Positions 1-16,697 of a stretch of DNA of 64,000 bases are shown here, in pieces. Below the pieces are notes generated by a model. That model was not told the origin of the DNA. It worked only from the letters and a program-made list of their open reading frames with translations, and did no database searches. Made by a program: the position numbers and the translations under genes. The DNA lies in contig CM119271.1 of NCBI GenBank assembly GCA_051294375.1, forward strand, positions 11,870,560-11,934,559, in the 5' to 3' direction. The DNA is from Paraspadella gotoi (Eukaryota; Animalia; Chaetognatha). Within the stretch, counting starts at the first letter, position 1; each line of letters begins with the position of its first letter.

Positions 1-47
1 GAACCGTGAGTCTATACAAACTCTTGGTTTAATCTTTAATTCTATAT

Positions 48-276
48 GTGGGTTACTTTTACTTTCGACGACCGGGGTTAGGGAGGGGTTATGGAAGGGT
101 GAGGGTTAAGAGTGGTTTAGGGGTAGTTTAGGGTTAGGGGTGGTTAGGGTTAAAAGGGTTTAGAGTTAGGGTAATTAGGTAATATTTCTTTTAAATTTTT
201 TTTAAAAAGTAAGTATTTTTAAATAATTTTTCAAAATCCGCCAAATCCGCGGTCGGCGAAAGTAAAATTTAACCAC
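48..276. mobile_element. MITE-like element with ~26-bp imperfect terminal inverted repeats enclosing degenerate TTAGGG repeats
   Basis: Left end GTGGGTTACTTTTACTTTCGACGACC (48-73) matches the reverse complement of 251-276 (GTGGTTAAATTTTACTTTCGCCGACC). The interior 77-180 is GGGTTA/GGTTAG-rich. Confidence 0.55.
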
Positions 277-721
277 GAATGTTTATGATGTAATGCAATG
301 TAATGATTCCGTTTTAATATTTCTTCTCTTATGAAGTGCCGTGTAAATTAAATCTTTGGTGAAAGGAGAAAAGTTTTTAAGGGTTTAGCAGCATTATAAA
401 TTGTCAATAACTCGTCACTCGAGCTGTCGAACAAAGATTATTAATAATTATTAATTATCATTAAGAGCGGAAAAAATTCTTAAAGTTGCCGAGATTTATT
501 AAAACTAAAAAAAAAAATTGATACGTACAGATACATTTAATTGGGAAAGCTAACTACTCCATAAGTCACGTTCTTTAACTACGTATCATAATTTAAAGAT
601 GAACAAGCGCGAGAACTATAATTTACGGGTCATTATATTCAAACAAACAATATAAAAAAAAAAACCCAAAAAACTGGAGATAATAAAGAACACATATTAA
701 GAATAATGAAAATCTAGAGGA

Positions 722-3334
<2,613 letters not shown>

Positions 3335-3436
3335 TCAATAAAACTGAATACTACATTTAATTTGGCAACCATTTACAAAACTTGTATATAACAGATACAA
3401 TGGCACAGTTATTTCTAAAACAAATTTAGCTATTTA

Positions 3437-6400
3437 TCAATTGAGGTCATTGAAAGTAGAAATTTGGTGTCCGGGTTTGACGCGCATGCGATAGATCTTC
3501 TCCAAGGCCTCGGGCGACATCTTCTGCGGGTATCGCGCCAAAATGGCGTGAATCTGCGCCTTTCGTCGCCTCCCGATTTTGCAAGGGTCGTGATTGTTCT
3601 CTTGAGGACCGACGAAGCCTTGAGGATCGAACGACATGTCCGTCATTTCGTTGACGATTTCCTTTTTGTGAACGCGCGTGATGTGCTTCGTCATGTGAGT
3701 CTTTCTGTAACTGAAGTACAAGTTACAAACGAGGCACGTGTATCTTTTTCGATTTTGATGAAGCTCCTCGTCGTGGATTTTCAAATCGCAGGGTCGCGGA
3801 AAGGATAACGAGCAAGTCGGGCACTTGTACGGCTTCAATTGAAGATGCGTCCAATTCACGTGTTCGACCATGTGCTTTTTCGCCTTGAATACTTTCTTGC
3901 AAAGACCGAAAGTGCATTGGAATTGCTTGCCTTCTTTGGGATGATGCTTGCTCCTGTGAATCTTGTACTCGGTCGTATTTTCGAAACTGATTTTGCAGAT
4001 GGAGCAAGATGTTTTGCCCGCGTTTCCTCCTAAACTTGAGCGCTTCATCGCTCCGACCGGAGTCCCGTATTTCGCCCTCCCTTCCTTGTGGTGTCTTCTC
4101 TTGTGAGCTTGCAACAAAAAATTACCTTTGTACACGCATCCGCAAAGATTGCACACCTTGTCTTCGACGTCGGTGTGTGTTCGTTGATGTTGCCTCATGT
4201 TGATCACTTTTTTGCCACAAACGTTGCAAATGCTGGAGGCGAGTCCGTGTCTCTTCTCGTGCCTTCTCGCCTTCTCCATCGAGTTGTACACTTTGTCGCA
4301 GATGGAGCATTTGAAGGAACCGTGGTTACCATGCATCCTCTCCTTGTGCAATTTCAAGCTGACGGATCGATGGGGATTTCTGAATTCCTTTCCGCAAACG
4401 TTGCATATCGCCGCCGCGAGATTTCGTTTCTGCCTCTTAGATTTCGGGGCGGAGGCGATGGCCGGTTTAACTTCTTCCTCCTCCGCCGAATCTTCCAATT
4501 CATTTCCGAGAAATGCTAGTTCCGGTTCCGGTTCCGCGGCTTCGATCGACCGATTTTCTCTTTTTTCTTCTTTGATCCTCGTATCGATCTTTTCGCGAGG
4601 ATCGAAAGAAAATTGAAAGTTGAAGGCGGGATCGTTGGGAACGAATTTAACGTCCAACTGTTCGTCGATGAAAGGGAAGATGTTGGTGATGTCGGAGGGT
4701 TCGATTTTGTGTTGGAGGATCGACTCATTTTCTTGTTTTATCTCCGTCAAATCGAAAAATGTATTCGGTTCTTCGTTTAACCTGGAGAACGCGCCGATAT
4801 TGTCATCATCATCATAATCATCATTGTCGCCGTTGTCATCATTCCCGCCGTCGACATCGAAGTCGGTGTAATTATTCCCTTGATAATCATCGTCATCGTC
4901 GTCATTGACTCGATTAAAATCGGCGTCATTTTCTAGAGATATCGAGTTTTCAGAATTATTCTCAGAGTTCATATTCTCCATCTCTCCGTTCTCGATCGCC
5001 TCATCGAACACATTAGAATCTTGGACGACTCGGTCGCTGCAATTCCGCTCATGCTCTTCCCAGAGTTCCACTTTGACAAAGGGCCTCTCGCATTTTCCGC
5101 ATCGTTTGATGTCGATGTCTAAGAACTCGTGATCGTGGATGAGATGATCGAAGAGATTGTCCACCGTTTTGAAGGAGAAGACGCAGGCGTCGCAATCGAG
5201 GCCTTTGAACCAAGTGCGTCGTCGATGGTAGCCCTCGGTACGGGTCTTGTGGTTTTCCTTGATGTGTTTGAGAAGCTCGTGGTAGGATCGATGATCTTTG
5301 AAATCCAAGCAAAATCGACAGGAAAACATTGGTACCACGATTCCGTGAACTTTTCTCAAGTGACGCTTGATGGTTTTGCTTAGAAAGAGACCGTTGCAAA
5401 TCTTGCACAACTGATAGAGGCCCAACTCAACCAGGACGCCTGAAACGGCATCGTTGGGCTTGGGCTTCCGAACTTCGCGTTTGACCCTTCTCCGAAAGAC
5501 GACGTTTGATTTGGAGACGTTCCTGCAGCCTCCGTACGAGATCATAGCCTCTTCGCTCAAGTGGGTCTTCAGCTTATCCTGTCCGTCGAAGGGTTTTTCG
5601 CAAAAGGGGCACTCGGCGATTAACTCGTTCTTTATGTTGTGATCGTAAATCAAATGTTGCTTCAAGAAAAAGGGCGGACCTTCGACGCGGAAGCAAATTT
5701 CGCATTTCCACTCTTGACTCTTGTGAAAGGACAAGTGAGATCTGAGATGCGGCATTCGCGTCGCCGCCAGATCGCAGTAGTTGCAGTTGAAGCAAGGAAA
5801 CGAGCCTTGCTCGATGTAGGGCCAAGCCAGCTCGGTACTTTCCGTACATCTTGATCGCAGGTCGCCGAGCTCCAGTTTGGTCAAGAGATCGCCGTGAGCC
5901 TTGTAGCAATGAGCGCGCAACCAATTGGGGTCGTGAAATTTTTTCGGGCATTTTTCGCATTTGATTTTATTGTTGTCGACGTGCAATATCATGACGTGAG
6001 TTATCGCGGATTCCATGGTGAGGTATTGATGCTTGCACTTCTTGCACTTGGCCACGCATTGCCTTTTCGTGAAGTCGATGTTTTCGCGAATTTCTGAGAC
6101 GGGGACGGCTTGATTTCGAATTCGTTTCTCTTTCGAAGGAGAATTATCGGGATTTTCTTCGTCCGTAACTTGACTAGTTTCTTCTTGGTCTCCGTTGACG
6201 CTATTAAGCAGAGAAAATTAAGATTAGACTAATTTAATAAGATTAATTGTAAATAACTTGAATAACTTTAATGCTAGATTATTGGTTGTACCAATTTCAC
6301 GTGAATATTTTGTATGATTACAACAGAGTCATCACCTTTGCGTTTGTACTAAAAGCGGTAAGAGCTTTTCTAGATAAGTACTAGAGCAGTCGTACAGTTT

Positions 6401-7348
6401 AATCGATAGATGCGTCTTGATCAATTTCCGACAACCGGAAATGCTGCTCAAACCTTGATGATTTTTGAGCATTGCCAAAATGGGAAAGCACATTCCGCAC
6501 TGAGGACATTCGTGCGAGTGCATTTTCATGTGCTTGATTTTGTTGTGAGCTTTGATGGTAGCGACGTCTCTAAACTTTCGCGGCGGATCGCAGGCGTCGC
6601 AAGTCAACTCTTTCTCCAAATCATGAGTCTTGATTCTGTGAGCTTGAAGTTTGTTCCGCTCCACCAATACACCGCAAATAGGGCAGGCCGTCTTGGCTTG
6701 AGCCTCGTTATTGTCCGAGCATCTATTCAAGTGCAGCAAGAGGATGAAGCGTTCCCCGAATCCTTTGCCACAATTTTCGCAAAACCACGACTTAATCTTT
6801 TCCTCTTTCGTTTCCTTCTTTTCCCGACGTCGTTTGCAGAACCGCCGCTCGTGAATGTAACATTCCGCGCGGGAAACGAATTTCGCTTTGCATTTCTTGC
6901 AACTGGAATGAGTCTTCAACGAATGCTCGTCGTCTTGATGGCAAAATAACCCGTAGGCGTTCATGAAGGTTCTGTCGCAGTTGTCGAGACGGCAAGGTCG
7001 AAGTCTTTTGGAGACGGGAAGACCCTCGTCGTGGAGTTTGGAATGCTTCGTCAATTTATACTCAGAGAGAAAAGTTCGATTACATCTGTCGCACCAAAAT
7101 AACCGAGAATCTTTTCCTCGTTCGAGATGGGAGCTTCGCTTTTCACGCCGCGGCGGTGGCGGCGGGTCGGAGGCAGACTTGCTCGCGTCGGCGGGCGGCG
7201 TCGTACGAAGGTTGACCGCCCAGGAATGAGCGCCGGTGAGGAGATGGTCTTCCAAGGAAAGTTTATCGGAGAAAGAGACGCAACAGTCAACGCAGAGATA
7301 AGAAAATCTTCCGTCGCTTCCGAAAGTGATTCGAGTCCCCGTTGCCAT
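3437..7348 (-). CDS. Multi-C2H2 zinc-finger protein (~1258 aa if exons 7348-6336 and 6200-3437 are joined)
   Basis: Both ORFs carry many CxxC...HxxxH fingers, and there is a central acidic D/N-rich linker. Donor CAAAG|GTGAT at 6336/6335 and acceptor TTAATAG| at 6201 join in phase 2 with an open frame. The two ORFs could alternatively be separate genes. Confidence 0.8.
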
Positions 7349-8094
7349 GGCGACGAATGGCTGAATGGAATTTAATGATTGAAATAGAATGACATGACGT
7401 CGTTACGTTTTCCAGGAGGCGAACCCGTTTTTAGGAAAAAAAATGAACTTTTAATATCGAGGTCGATCATTTTGTACCCAAGTCTACCATAAGACAAGAT
7501 ATTCTCCTACTGGGTTAACACATTAGCTAAAATATAGTTTATACAACAAGTTTTATTAAGAAAGCGAAGGATATTCACAAAAACAATTTTTTTGCTGCAA
7601 AGCGAGTCGTGAAGTGAAATTAAAAATTTTGATTTTAAATATTGCTACCATTATCCACATTCATGAAAAGTTTTTAGTTTTCAAAATGACAGATTTTCGG
7701 ATGTTGCTGGTTACAATAAAAATGTAGTATTTGTTTGCTGTTGTTAACTTTTGTACAAATCTTGAAAAAGAAGTAGGTACTACAGAGTGAAGGAAAAAGC
7801 CACGAAGATAACGTTGACGATTCCGCGGAAAATCCAAACGAAAAAGTTTGAAAAAATCACGAAGGTCCTCTGCCAATTGGTTAGAAAAGTTTACCTCATA
7901 AAACGACAGACGTTAAACATTTAATAAAATTCACTTACAAATAATTAATTATTTGTATTTAACTGATTGTTGTTGTCCTGGTGATCCTTTAGTTTAACGT
8001 CTGGAGTATAATCGAAGTCCATGGCGGAGAAATTGCGCCGATGAATTAAAAAAATAAGGACGTGAAACTCAGAGGATGTTTTGTTGTCATAAGT

Positions 8095-9570
<1,476 letters not shown>

Positions 9571-10083
9571 TTACTTCATTAAAATGAGATTTAGTTAAAA
9601 GATCATTTATCGTTGCTGAAAAAATAATCATTTCATGTGATGTAATGAAATAAAAGGGACAAAACGGATATATGATCAACAAACACCGTGTTAACAAACA
9701 ATCAAAAGAAGTTTTGACGTAAAACATATGATTATCATTATTAGATAATATTTAAATTCTTAGACCCTCCCTTGTATGGAATTTAATCCTTAACTGTTTA
9801 AACTTTTTTGTTTATGTGTAAAAATTAATATTTGAATGCGTGACGAAAATTTAAATTGAAAAAAAAAATGTTGCCATTTTATTAATTATAATTATTAATT
9901 ATGATAGATAAACTCAAACGTTATTTTTTTTTAAACCCTGTGAGCAATTCCAATTTAAACAATAAGACTGGTTTAAAGTTTACAATTCAAAACTTAGCGA
10001 AGAAAAACGAACAAGTTTTTCATGTATATAGACTAGACAAAGGTTTTCAACCTAAAAATCTAACACATTGCACGAATCAAGAA

Positions 10084-13000
10084 TCATTTGCTTTTTGGCG
10101 AAAGTTTTTCTCTAATAAGAGTCTCATTAAAATGAGAAAACGTCCATCTTTGCGACTTTAATTCTGGTTTACATTCGTTCATGAAAATTTCTCTTGAGCC
10201 TTTGTCGCAATCCAAGCAATGACCTGGAAAAGAAAACGTTTCAATAATCAATGTAAGCAATCCAAGCAATGACCTAGAAAAGAAAACGTTTCAATAATCA
10301 ATGTAAGCAATCCAAGCAATGACCTAGAAAAGAAAACGTTTCAATAATCAATGTAAGCAATGCAAGCAACGTTATCCAACGCTTTCCGACCTGAGATTGG
10401 ATGAAAGAGAGCCTGATTATCCATGTCGTACATCCACTGCTGATTCCCCTTCATCCCGTGACATTGATAAAGTAAAACGGGGGCCTTCAAATCGGACACG
10501 GCCACGTCGAAGCAGACCGTCCGTTTCATCGGACGAAGGTCATGATGCCAAGAGAGCTGCAACTGCTGTTCCCCTCCGCGGTCTCGCCGATCCGAGACGC
10601 AGTCTTCGAGACCGAACCTCTCGTTCTGATCTCGGAACTGAGTGTCGACGCAGAGATCCGCGCCGACGTTGCGTAACTCGCCCGAGGCGAAAGGCGGCGG
10701 CTCGACGGGCGGATAATGATCAGCGAGATCGAAGGCAACTTTGGTCATGAACCAATGAAAGGGTTTACAACGGAGTCGTCGGCGAAGATCGATGAGGTCG
10801 GTGAGATTGCCGGGATCCAGCTTCCGGTAACTCGGCCGCCGACGATAGATGTGTTCCTTATATTCGTCCATCCAAACTTCGGCGACTCGTTTGTAGTTTC
10901 GGCCGACGAAGTCTCCGACGCCGGGACTCGGGAATGGAGTAAACTTGCGGTAAACGTGGCCGATGCGAGAGCAAGGGGCGTCGACCATCGTCCCGCCGCA
11001 TTGCCAGATCTTGAAGGAAAGTTCGTATTGCTCGCCGCCCCAGACGTCGAGGCCGGGATCGTAGCCGCCCAAGTGCCAGAAGTAGTTGCGGTCGATGGCG
11101 AAGAGGCCTTGCGGGGAGAAAAATATCATTTATTAATTCATTAAAATTTTTATATAATAGTAAATTGTATTCCTTAGAGTTATAGTTATATATATATATA
11201 CTTATACCTCCAGCCATGACTGGACTCTTGAACGGTTCCGCTGGACGCTTTAAATCTTCCGGTAAAAGTGGGAGACGTTTGTAATACAATTCCCAATCGA
11301 AGGCTCCTCGAGCGCCTGAGTCAATTGTATTTCTAAGAAATCTATCTCTTAAATCTTTCAACAATTGAATAATAAGTTTATATTATATTAGACTTTTTTA
11401 TTTCATTCATCCATTCATTCATTCATTCATTCATTCATTCATTCATTCATTCATCCATTCATTCACCCACCCTCGTCCTGCGCACGATAAGCGAATGTCT
11501 CGTAATCAATGACATCAATGAAAGGACAAACGACGATGGTCGAGTTTCTGGCGATTGGATCGAGAAGAGGAGGCAACCAATTGGAATTGGCTTCCACGTG
11601 GGAGTCCAGGAAAATGAGCACCTGGAATCGAGAAGGGGACAATTTTATTTTTTATCATCAATGGAATCTTTAGGTTGACAGACACGATGTTTTTGAGAAA
11701 GAAAGAGAGATCTTACTTTCCTCAGGCACTATCTTTATTTCTGTTAACTGCTCGACAAGTAAGCACAATATTGCAGAAAAAAAAGAAAGATAAGTTGAAA
11801 TAAGAAAATGAAAAATAAAAGCGACCTGCCCAGTGGCCACCCTCGCGCCCATGAGCCTCGTTCGAATGAGTCCCTCCCTCTTCTCGGCGCGAACGATCTT
11901 CACTTTTCCGTCGGGCCAATGCTCCGCCACGTAATTGTCGAGCGGTTTCCCCAGGAAGGGTTTGTTGCTGAAGTCGTCGGCCAGGATGATCTCGTGCAGC
12001 AGAGCCGCGGGGCTGCGGTTGACGACGCTGGTCGCGGTCCGCAGCAGCGTGGTCCAGTGTTCGTTGTGGAAAGGGACGACGACGGAGACTGTTGGGAGTT
12101 TGTCGAGATACATCTTGGATCGGCAGTCGGGATGACGGATGTCGCTCAAGGATCTTAGTGGGCGGAAGTTGGGGGGGGGGGAGATTGGGAAAGAAGGATT
12201 AATTATTAAATATCTAATAAAGAGTTGCGTTCATTTTAAGAATTACTATTCAACGATTTCGCAATGAATATTCATTTATTAAAATTAGAAATAGAAACAT
12301 TTTTTTCTTCTATTTGAAAAAAGCGGTTAGAAATTTATTATATTAATATATCGTTTGAATAATAACGTTGACATTGTTTATCGGCTCCTTCATACTCATC
12401 GGTCATCAACGATCAAAATAACCATATAAACCACAACTTTGACCACCAGCACGACCACACCCCCAATAGATCACGACCACGCCCCCAATAGATCACGACC
12501 ACACCCCCAATAGATCACGACTACACGCCTATAGGCGATTGGTGGGTCCGGAGAAGAGCACCCCCAAAAGATCACGACCACACCCTCAATAGATCACGAC
12601 CACACCCCCAATAGATCAGAAGAGAAACAATGATCAAGAATCACAAAACCTATAAGTAACCAAACGGCCAACACCTCTCCTATAATCATTAATAACTCAT
12701 GATAGCTGAAAAGGAAAGCCAATTAATAATAAATATCAATCAATAAATAATAAATGAATAGACACGTAGTGAAATTTTTTATTTGTCAATGAATAAATAT
12801 ACATATGAATAAAAGTCCATGGATGAATCTTCACGTTTCTTCCCGACACAATGACAACAACGACCAGAAAAAATGACCAAAACGACGACAAGTAAAACAA
12901 CAAACATAACAACAACAACAACAAACATTACAAAAACAACAATAACAAACATTACAATAACAACAAACATTACAACAACCATTAAAACAACCATTAAAAC

Positions 13001-13505
13001 AACCATTACAACAACAACCACAACAACCATTACAAAAACAACCACAACAACCATTAGAACAACAACAACAACCATTACAACAACAACAACAACAACAACC
13101 ATAACAACAACATAACAACCACAACCTTTCCAGCGAAATCTTGTCGCTCGCGAGTCCATTAAATCCATTGACGCTAAACAATTCCTCTTTCTTCTTCTCT
13201 TCCCGCGCGGAGAGGATATAAGCTGCGCCGTTTTCCCCGGGCCCTTCTCGCGCCCTCTCCCGCTCCATGGCCGCGTAGTCGTGCCAATCGACGAGCTTGG
13301 GGGCCTCCTGGTGGGCGTGGCCGACATCGTCGGGCCGCGGACCGAGCGTCTTGACGATGCGCGCCTCGATCTCTCGAACGAGGTCGCCGGGACCGCCGGG
13401 GGAGGGCGTTTCGTAGACGGCGAGGAAGAGCGGGACGCCGACGAGGATGACGACGAAGCAGACGACGTATTTGAGGAAGACGACTTTGTTGCGACGAAGG
13501 ACCAT
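10084..13505 (-). CDS. GALNT10: Polypeptide N-acetylgalactosaminyltransferase (GALNT10/GALNTL6-like); exons 13505-13126, 12153-11826, 11621-11471, 11315-11208, 11107-10391, 10223-10084
   Basis: Type II TM anchor, DWHDY...[33 protein letters not shown] fold ([33 protein letters not shown]), Gal/GalNAc-T motif ([28 protein letters not shown]) and a C-terminal ricin lectin ([10 protein letters not shown]). All five introns are GT-AG and phase-consistent. The family call is firm; the paralogue assignment is less so. Confidence 0.88.
12461..12618. repeat. 22-bp minisatellite (GATCACGACCACACCCCCAATA), about 5 copies, in GALNT intron 1
   Basis: Directly visible tandem and near-tandem copies. Confidence 0.8.
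12846..13125. repeat. Degenerate (CAA)n microsatellite starting at the GALNT intron 1 donor
   Basis: ACA/CAA/CCA triplets; these account for the spurious poly-T, poly-V and poly-C ORFs. Confidence 0.9.
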
Positions 13506-14190
13506 CGCGGAATAAAGGGGGGGAGGGAGAGGGGGGGGGAAGGGGTAAGGTTACGGCGTCGAGGTCATAGTTGGTGAGTTCAAGTTTGATTTCCACTAAA
13601 CTTTAAGATTTACGTAATATCTGTAAAAAGCAACGAAGAAGAATAAAACGCTAAAACAATAAAAAAATAACATCAAATATTTGGGTTGTTTTTTTTCGTA
13701 GCAAAACTAAGAAATGAAAAGGATCATACCCTTCAGCTCGAGCAATAAACCAGATTGCGCTGCTCATTTGTTTAGAATTAAATCGATATATAGCTAGTTG
13801 AGACTATTCATAAGAAAAGCTATATATAGTATAATAAGTAGTATAATACAAATACAATTTAAAAAAATATATATATATATATGTATACTTACTAACTTTA
13901 TAACTTTACTAACTTTATATTCGGCATTTTCTACCGAAAACCATTTCTGTTCCTCATCCTTAATTTTAACCAAAATATTTAACCATAATCAAACCATAAT
14001 ATAACCTTAACCATAATAACCATAATCTTTTGCAAAATCCTTAACCCAATCACTAACCCTAACTCCTTAACCCTACTACCTAACCCATTATTAATCCCTA
14101 ACAACCTAATAACCCCCAATGCCCGACCTAATCTTTAATTTCTTACTTCTGAATTTAAGCTAAAAAAAAAGGTCGCTTTTGGTAATGGCC

Positions 14191-15669
14191 TCATCTACCA
14201 TTAAGTTCAAATTCGTTCAATCTGCGGTGTAACGGGCAGTTCATTTTCCTAATAATGTGAGATTGTAACGAATACATTGTTTGTGTACGATTAGATCTGT
14301 TCAATCGCAATTTACGGAGAAGATGATACGAAGGCAGTAGGGAGATCCATTTCTGCGCCACTGCGGTTCGAAACTCGAGCTTGAGAGCGCGCAAGTTGGG
14401 ATGACGGGTGGCGACGGTCAATCGATATCCACTCACTCTCCCCATTTTGTAGATAAGAGAGTTGAGGACCTTGAGAGAGTGGCTCCCTTTGGAAAAGTCC
14501 CGAGCATCGCGGACGAGATGTTCCCACTTGAAATTTCCTGGACCGAAATACGTTTCCACCCAAGAAAGATCGAAGAGTTCGCCTTTTAGGACGGCGGCGC
14601 AATTATCGTCTTTTCCGGCGGTAAGATAGTCCCTACTGGTGCCAATATCGTCTTTGCCGGCGGCAAGATAGTCCCTACTGGTGCCAATATCGTCTTTGCC
14701 AGCGCGTTGATGGTCCTTGCCGGGACCTCCATCGCCCTTGCCGGGACCTCCATCGCCCTTGCCGACGCGGCGATTGTCTTTTCCGAACTTACGATCGCCC
14801 TTGCCGACGCGGCGATCGCCCTTGCCGGCGACGCGATCGTCTTTGCCGATCACGACGTCTTCTTTAATCATTTCATTTCTTTTAACATCATAGTCTTTGT
14901 TTCTGAATAAGCAATCAGCATTATCATCGGCTTCCCCCCTCAGAGAAGATTTGTAGCGTGGCTTCAACTCTGGAACGGAAATTCCGACCGGACGATGGTC
15001 GAAATAATTACCCGTTTGCAAAATCTCTACCGGTTCTTCCTTCTGGAAATCCTGATGATCTTTGGAGATGGGATCAGCTGGGTTTTTGAAATAAGAATCA
15101 TCTCTTCCTTTATTAATCAGAAAGTTGAGAGGAACGTCTTCAACCGTTTCCACATCGACGAATACATCATCTTCTTCATCAGTGAAACCTTCATCACCGC
15201 CTGGCGGGGTGTTGTCGATAACCTCGAAGGGAGGTTCTCGTTCGGCGCGAGGGAGCAGTTGACCGAAGACGTCAAAGTCAGTCCGAGGCCAATCGAGTGG
15301 AAGGTTTGTCTTCGAAGGTGGCGACGCGGAGGCCGATTTGTCTGAACGATTCTCGCGGGGGCAAGGGACGGGCTCATCGTCGCCGGCGTTCGGCCTCCAT
15401 TTCGTCGGGCCATTCAACCGCAGGTCCAAATCTTTGCCGAGATTCCGGAGTCCGGATTGATTGTATTCTCGGCAGAGATGATCGGCTCCGGCGAAGCGTC
15501 GACCTTGGCGAGTTTCGACTAGAACGAAAAGCGAATAATCGACGGAGACCAACTTGAGGAATTTGTCGATTAAGACGTCGACAAAAGTCGATTCCGTGGA
15601 TTTGGGAAGAGACGAGGGTAAGTATGAAGTTTGTCTCGACTGTCCGGATGAAGTTTGACTAAACTGCAT
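14191..15669 (-). CDS. Uncharacterised intronless 492-aa protein with an internal GK(G/D)D heptapeptide repeat
   Basis: Long GC-rich ATG-initiated ORF flanked by AT-rich DNA. Repeats GKGDRRV/GKGDGGP/GKDD lie at ~14604-14850, and the C-terminal ~120 aa is basic and helical. No family recognised with confidence. Confidence 0.75.
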   Translation of the reverse strand: MQFSQTSSGQSRQTSYLPSSLPKSTESTFVDVLIDKFLKLVSVDYSLFVLVETRQGRRFAGADHLCREYNQSGLRNLGKDLDLRLNGPTKWRPNAGDDEPVPCPRENRSDKSASASPPSKTNLPLDWPRTDFDVFGQLLPRAEREPPFEVIDNTPPGGDEGFTDEEDDVFVDVETVEDVPLNFLINKGRDDSYFKNPADPISKDHQDFQKEEPVEILQTGNYFDHRPVGISVPELKPRYKSSLRGEADDNADCLFRNKDYDVKRNEMIKEDVVIGKDDRVAGKGDRRVGKGDRKFGKDNRRVGKGDGGPGKGDGGPGKDHQRAGKDDIGTSRDYLAAGKDDIGTSRDYLTAGKDDNCAAVLKGELFDLSWVETYFGPGNFKWEHLVRDARDFSKGSHSLKVLNSLIYKMGRVSGYRLTVATRHPNLRALKLEFRTAVAQKWISLLPSYHLLRKLRLNRSNRTQTMYSLQSHIIRKMNCPLHRRLNEFELNGR

Positions 15670-16458
15670 TCTTGGATTTATACTCGAAAGTACTGGACTG
15701 AGAAAAGTGACAAAATTTGAAACTAGCTGTAGGAGATAGAGGGCGAGGCCTTCCTAATTTAGGATGTTGAGCAAAAAACAATCAGGGATCCTGAATGTAA
15801 CAGCTAAGTTGAAAGCCATTTTATTTCTAATCTCATTCGGTAAATGAACAAGTAACAAAACATCGTCCATGGAATATTCAATTAATACCCGTCAATAAAA
15901 ATTGGACAAATTAAACCAAGGGTACAATTTGGAGTAACCTTTGCGCTAAATTTGGTTAATTTTAAAACAGTAACGCTTAGTCTAGAAAAAAGGAACTTCC
16001 GTTCCGCAATGGAGCTAAACAAACAATCATTGGCGGGAGAACAATGCACTGTATCCTCACAGCCTCAATTATAAGAGTTCGATATCAATTCAGGTTCCTC
16101 ACTCGGTAATCAATTCAATTATAAGAGTTCGATATCAATTCAGGTTCTTCACTCAGTAAACAATAGTTTTTATTTAATGAGTGATTTATTTTAAATGCGA
16201 GTATAAATTTTTTCCCTTAAAAAATCCGATATCAGATGGTTAAAAAAATATAAAAACCAATCCAAAAATATACTACTAGTAAAATTTGCCCGTAGCTAAT
16301 ATCTAAAAGGTCATAACTAAGACTAGAATAATTCTGCACAACTATACTAGAGTTATGAAACAAGAAAAGGGAATATAATAAAACTACTACATTAATTTAT
16401 TAGACAAGAAAAATTTTAAATTGTAAAGAAGATGAAAAGGAAAAGAAAAAAACCCAAA

Positions 16459-16697
16459 AAATTTAAATATTAGATTATATATTATAAAAGATAAACGTGA
16501 TATTACATGAGTAGGTCCAAATAGTGCAATATTAAAAGTAAATTTAAATATTAGATTAAATATTATAAAAGATAAAAGTGATATTACACGAGTAGGACCA
16601 AATAGTGCAATATTAAAAGTAAATTTAAAATTTAAATATTAGATTAAATATTATAAGGGATAAAAGTGATATTACATGAATATGAAATAGTGCAATA
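16459..16697. repeat. AT-rich ~63-bp tandem repeat, 3 copies
   Basis: AAATTTAAATATTAGATTAAATATTATAAAAGATAAAAGTGATATTACA...AAATAGTGCAATAT recurs three times. Confidence 0.75.

Noticed and set aside
77-180. True telomere at the window start
   Set aside because: The repeats are short, degenerate, internal and bracketed by inverted repeats.
6415-6453. Possible 38-nt mini-intron flanked by ATCAAG direct repeats interrupting a zinc finger (NHQ...IKTH)
   Set aside because: Removing it as a GT-AG intron shifts the frame into a nearby stop, whereas the unspliced frame stays open.
12779-13125. Cys-rich (metallothionein-like), poly-Val and poly-Thr (mucin-like) ORFs
   Set aside because: They are read-through into the (CAA)n microsatellite of GALNT intron 1; the real exon ends at 13126.
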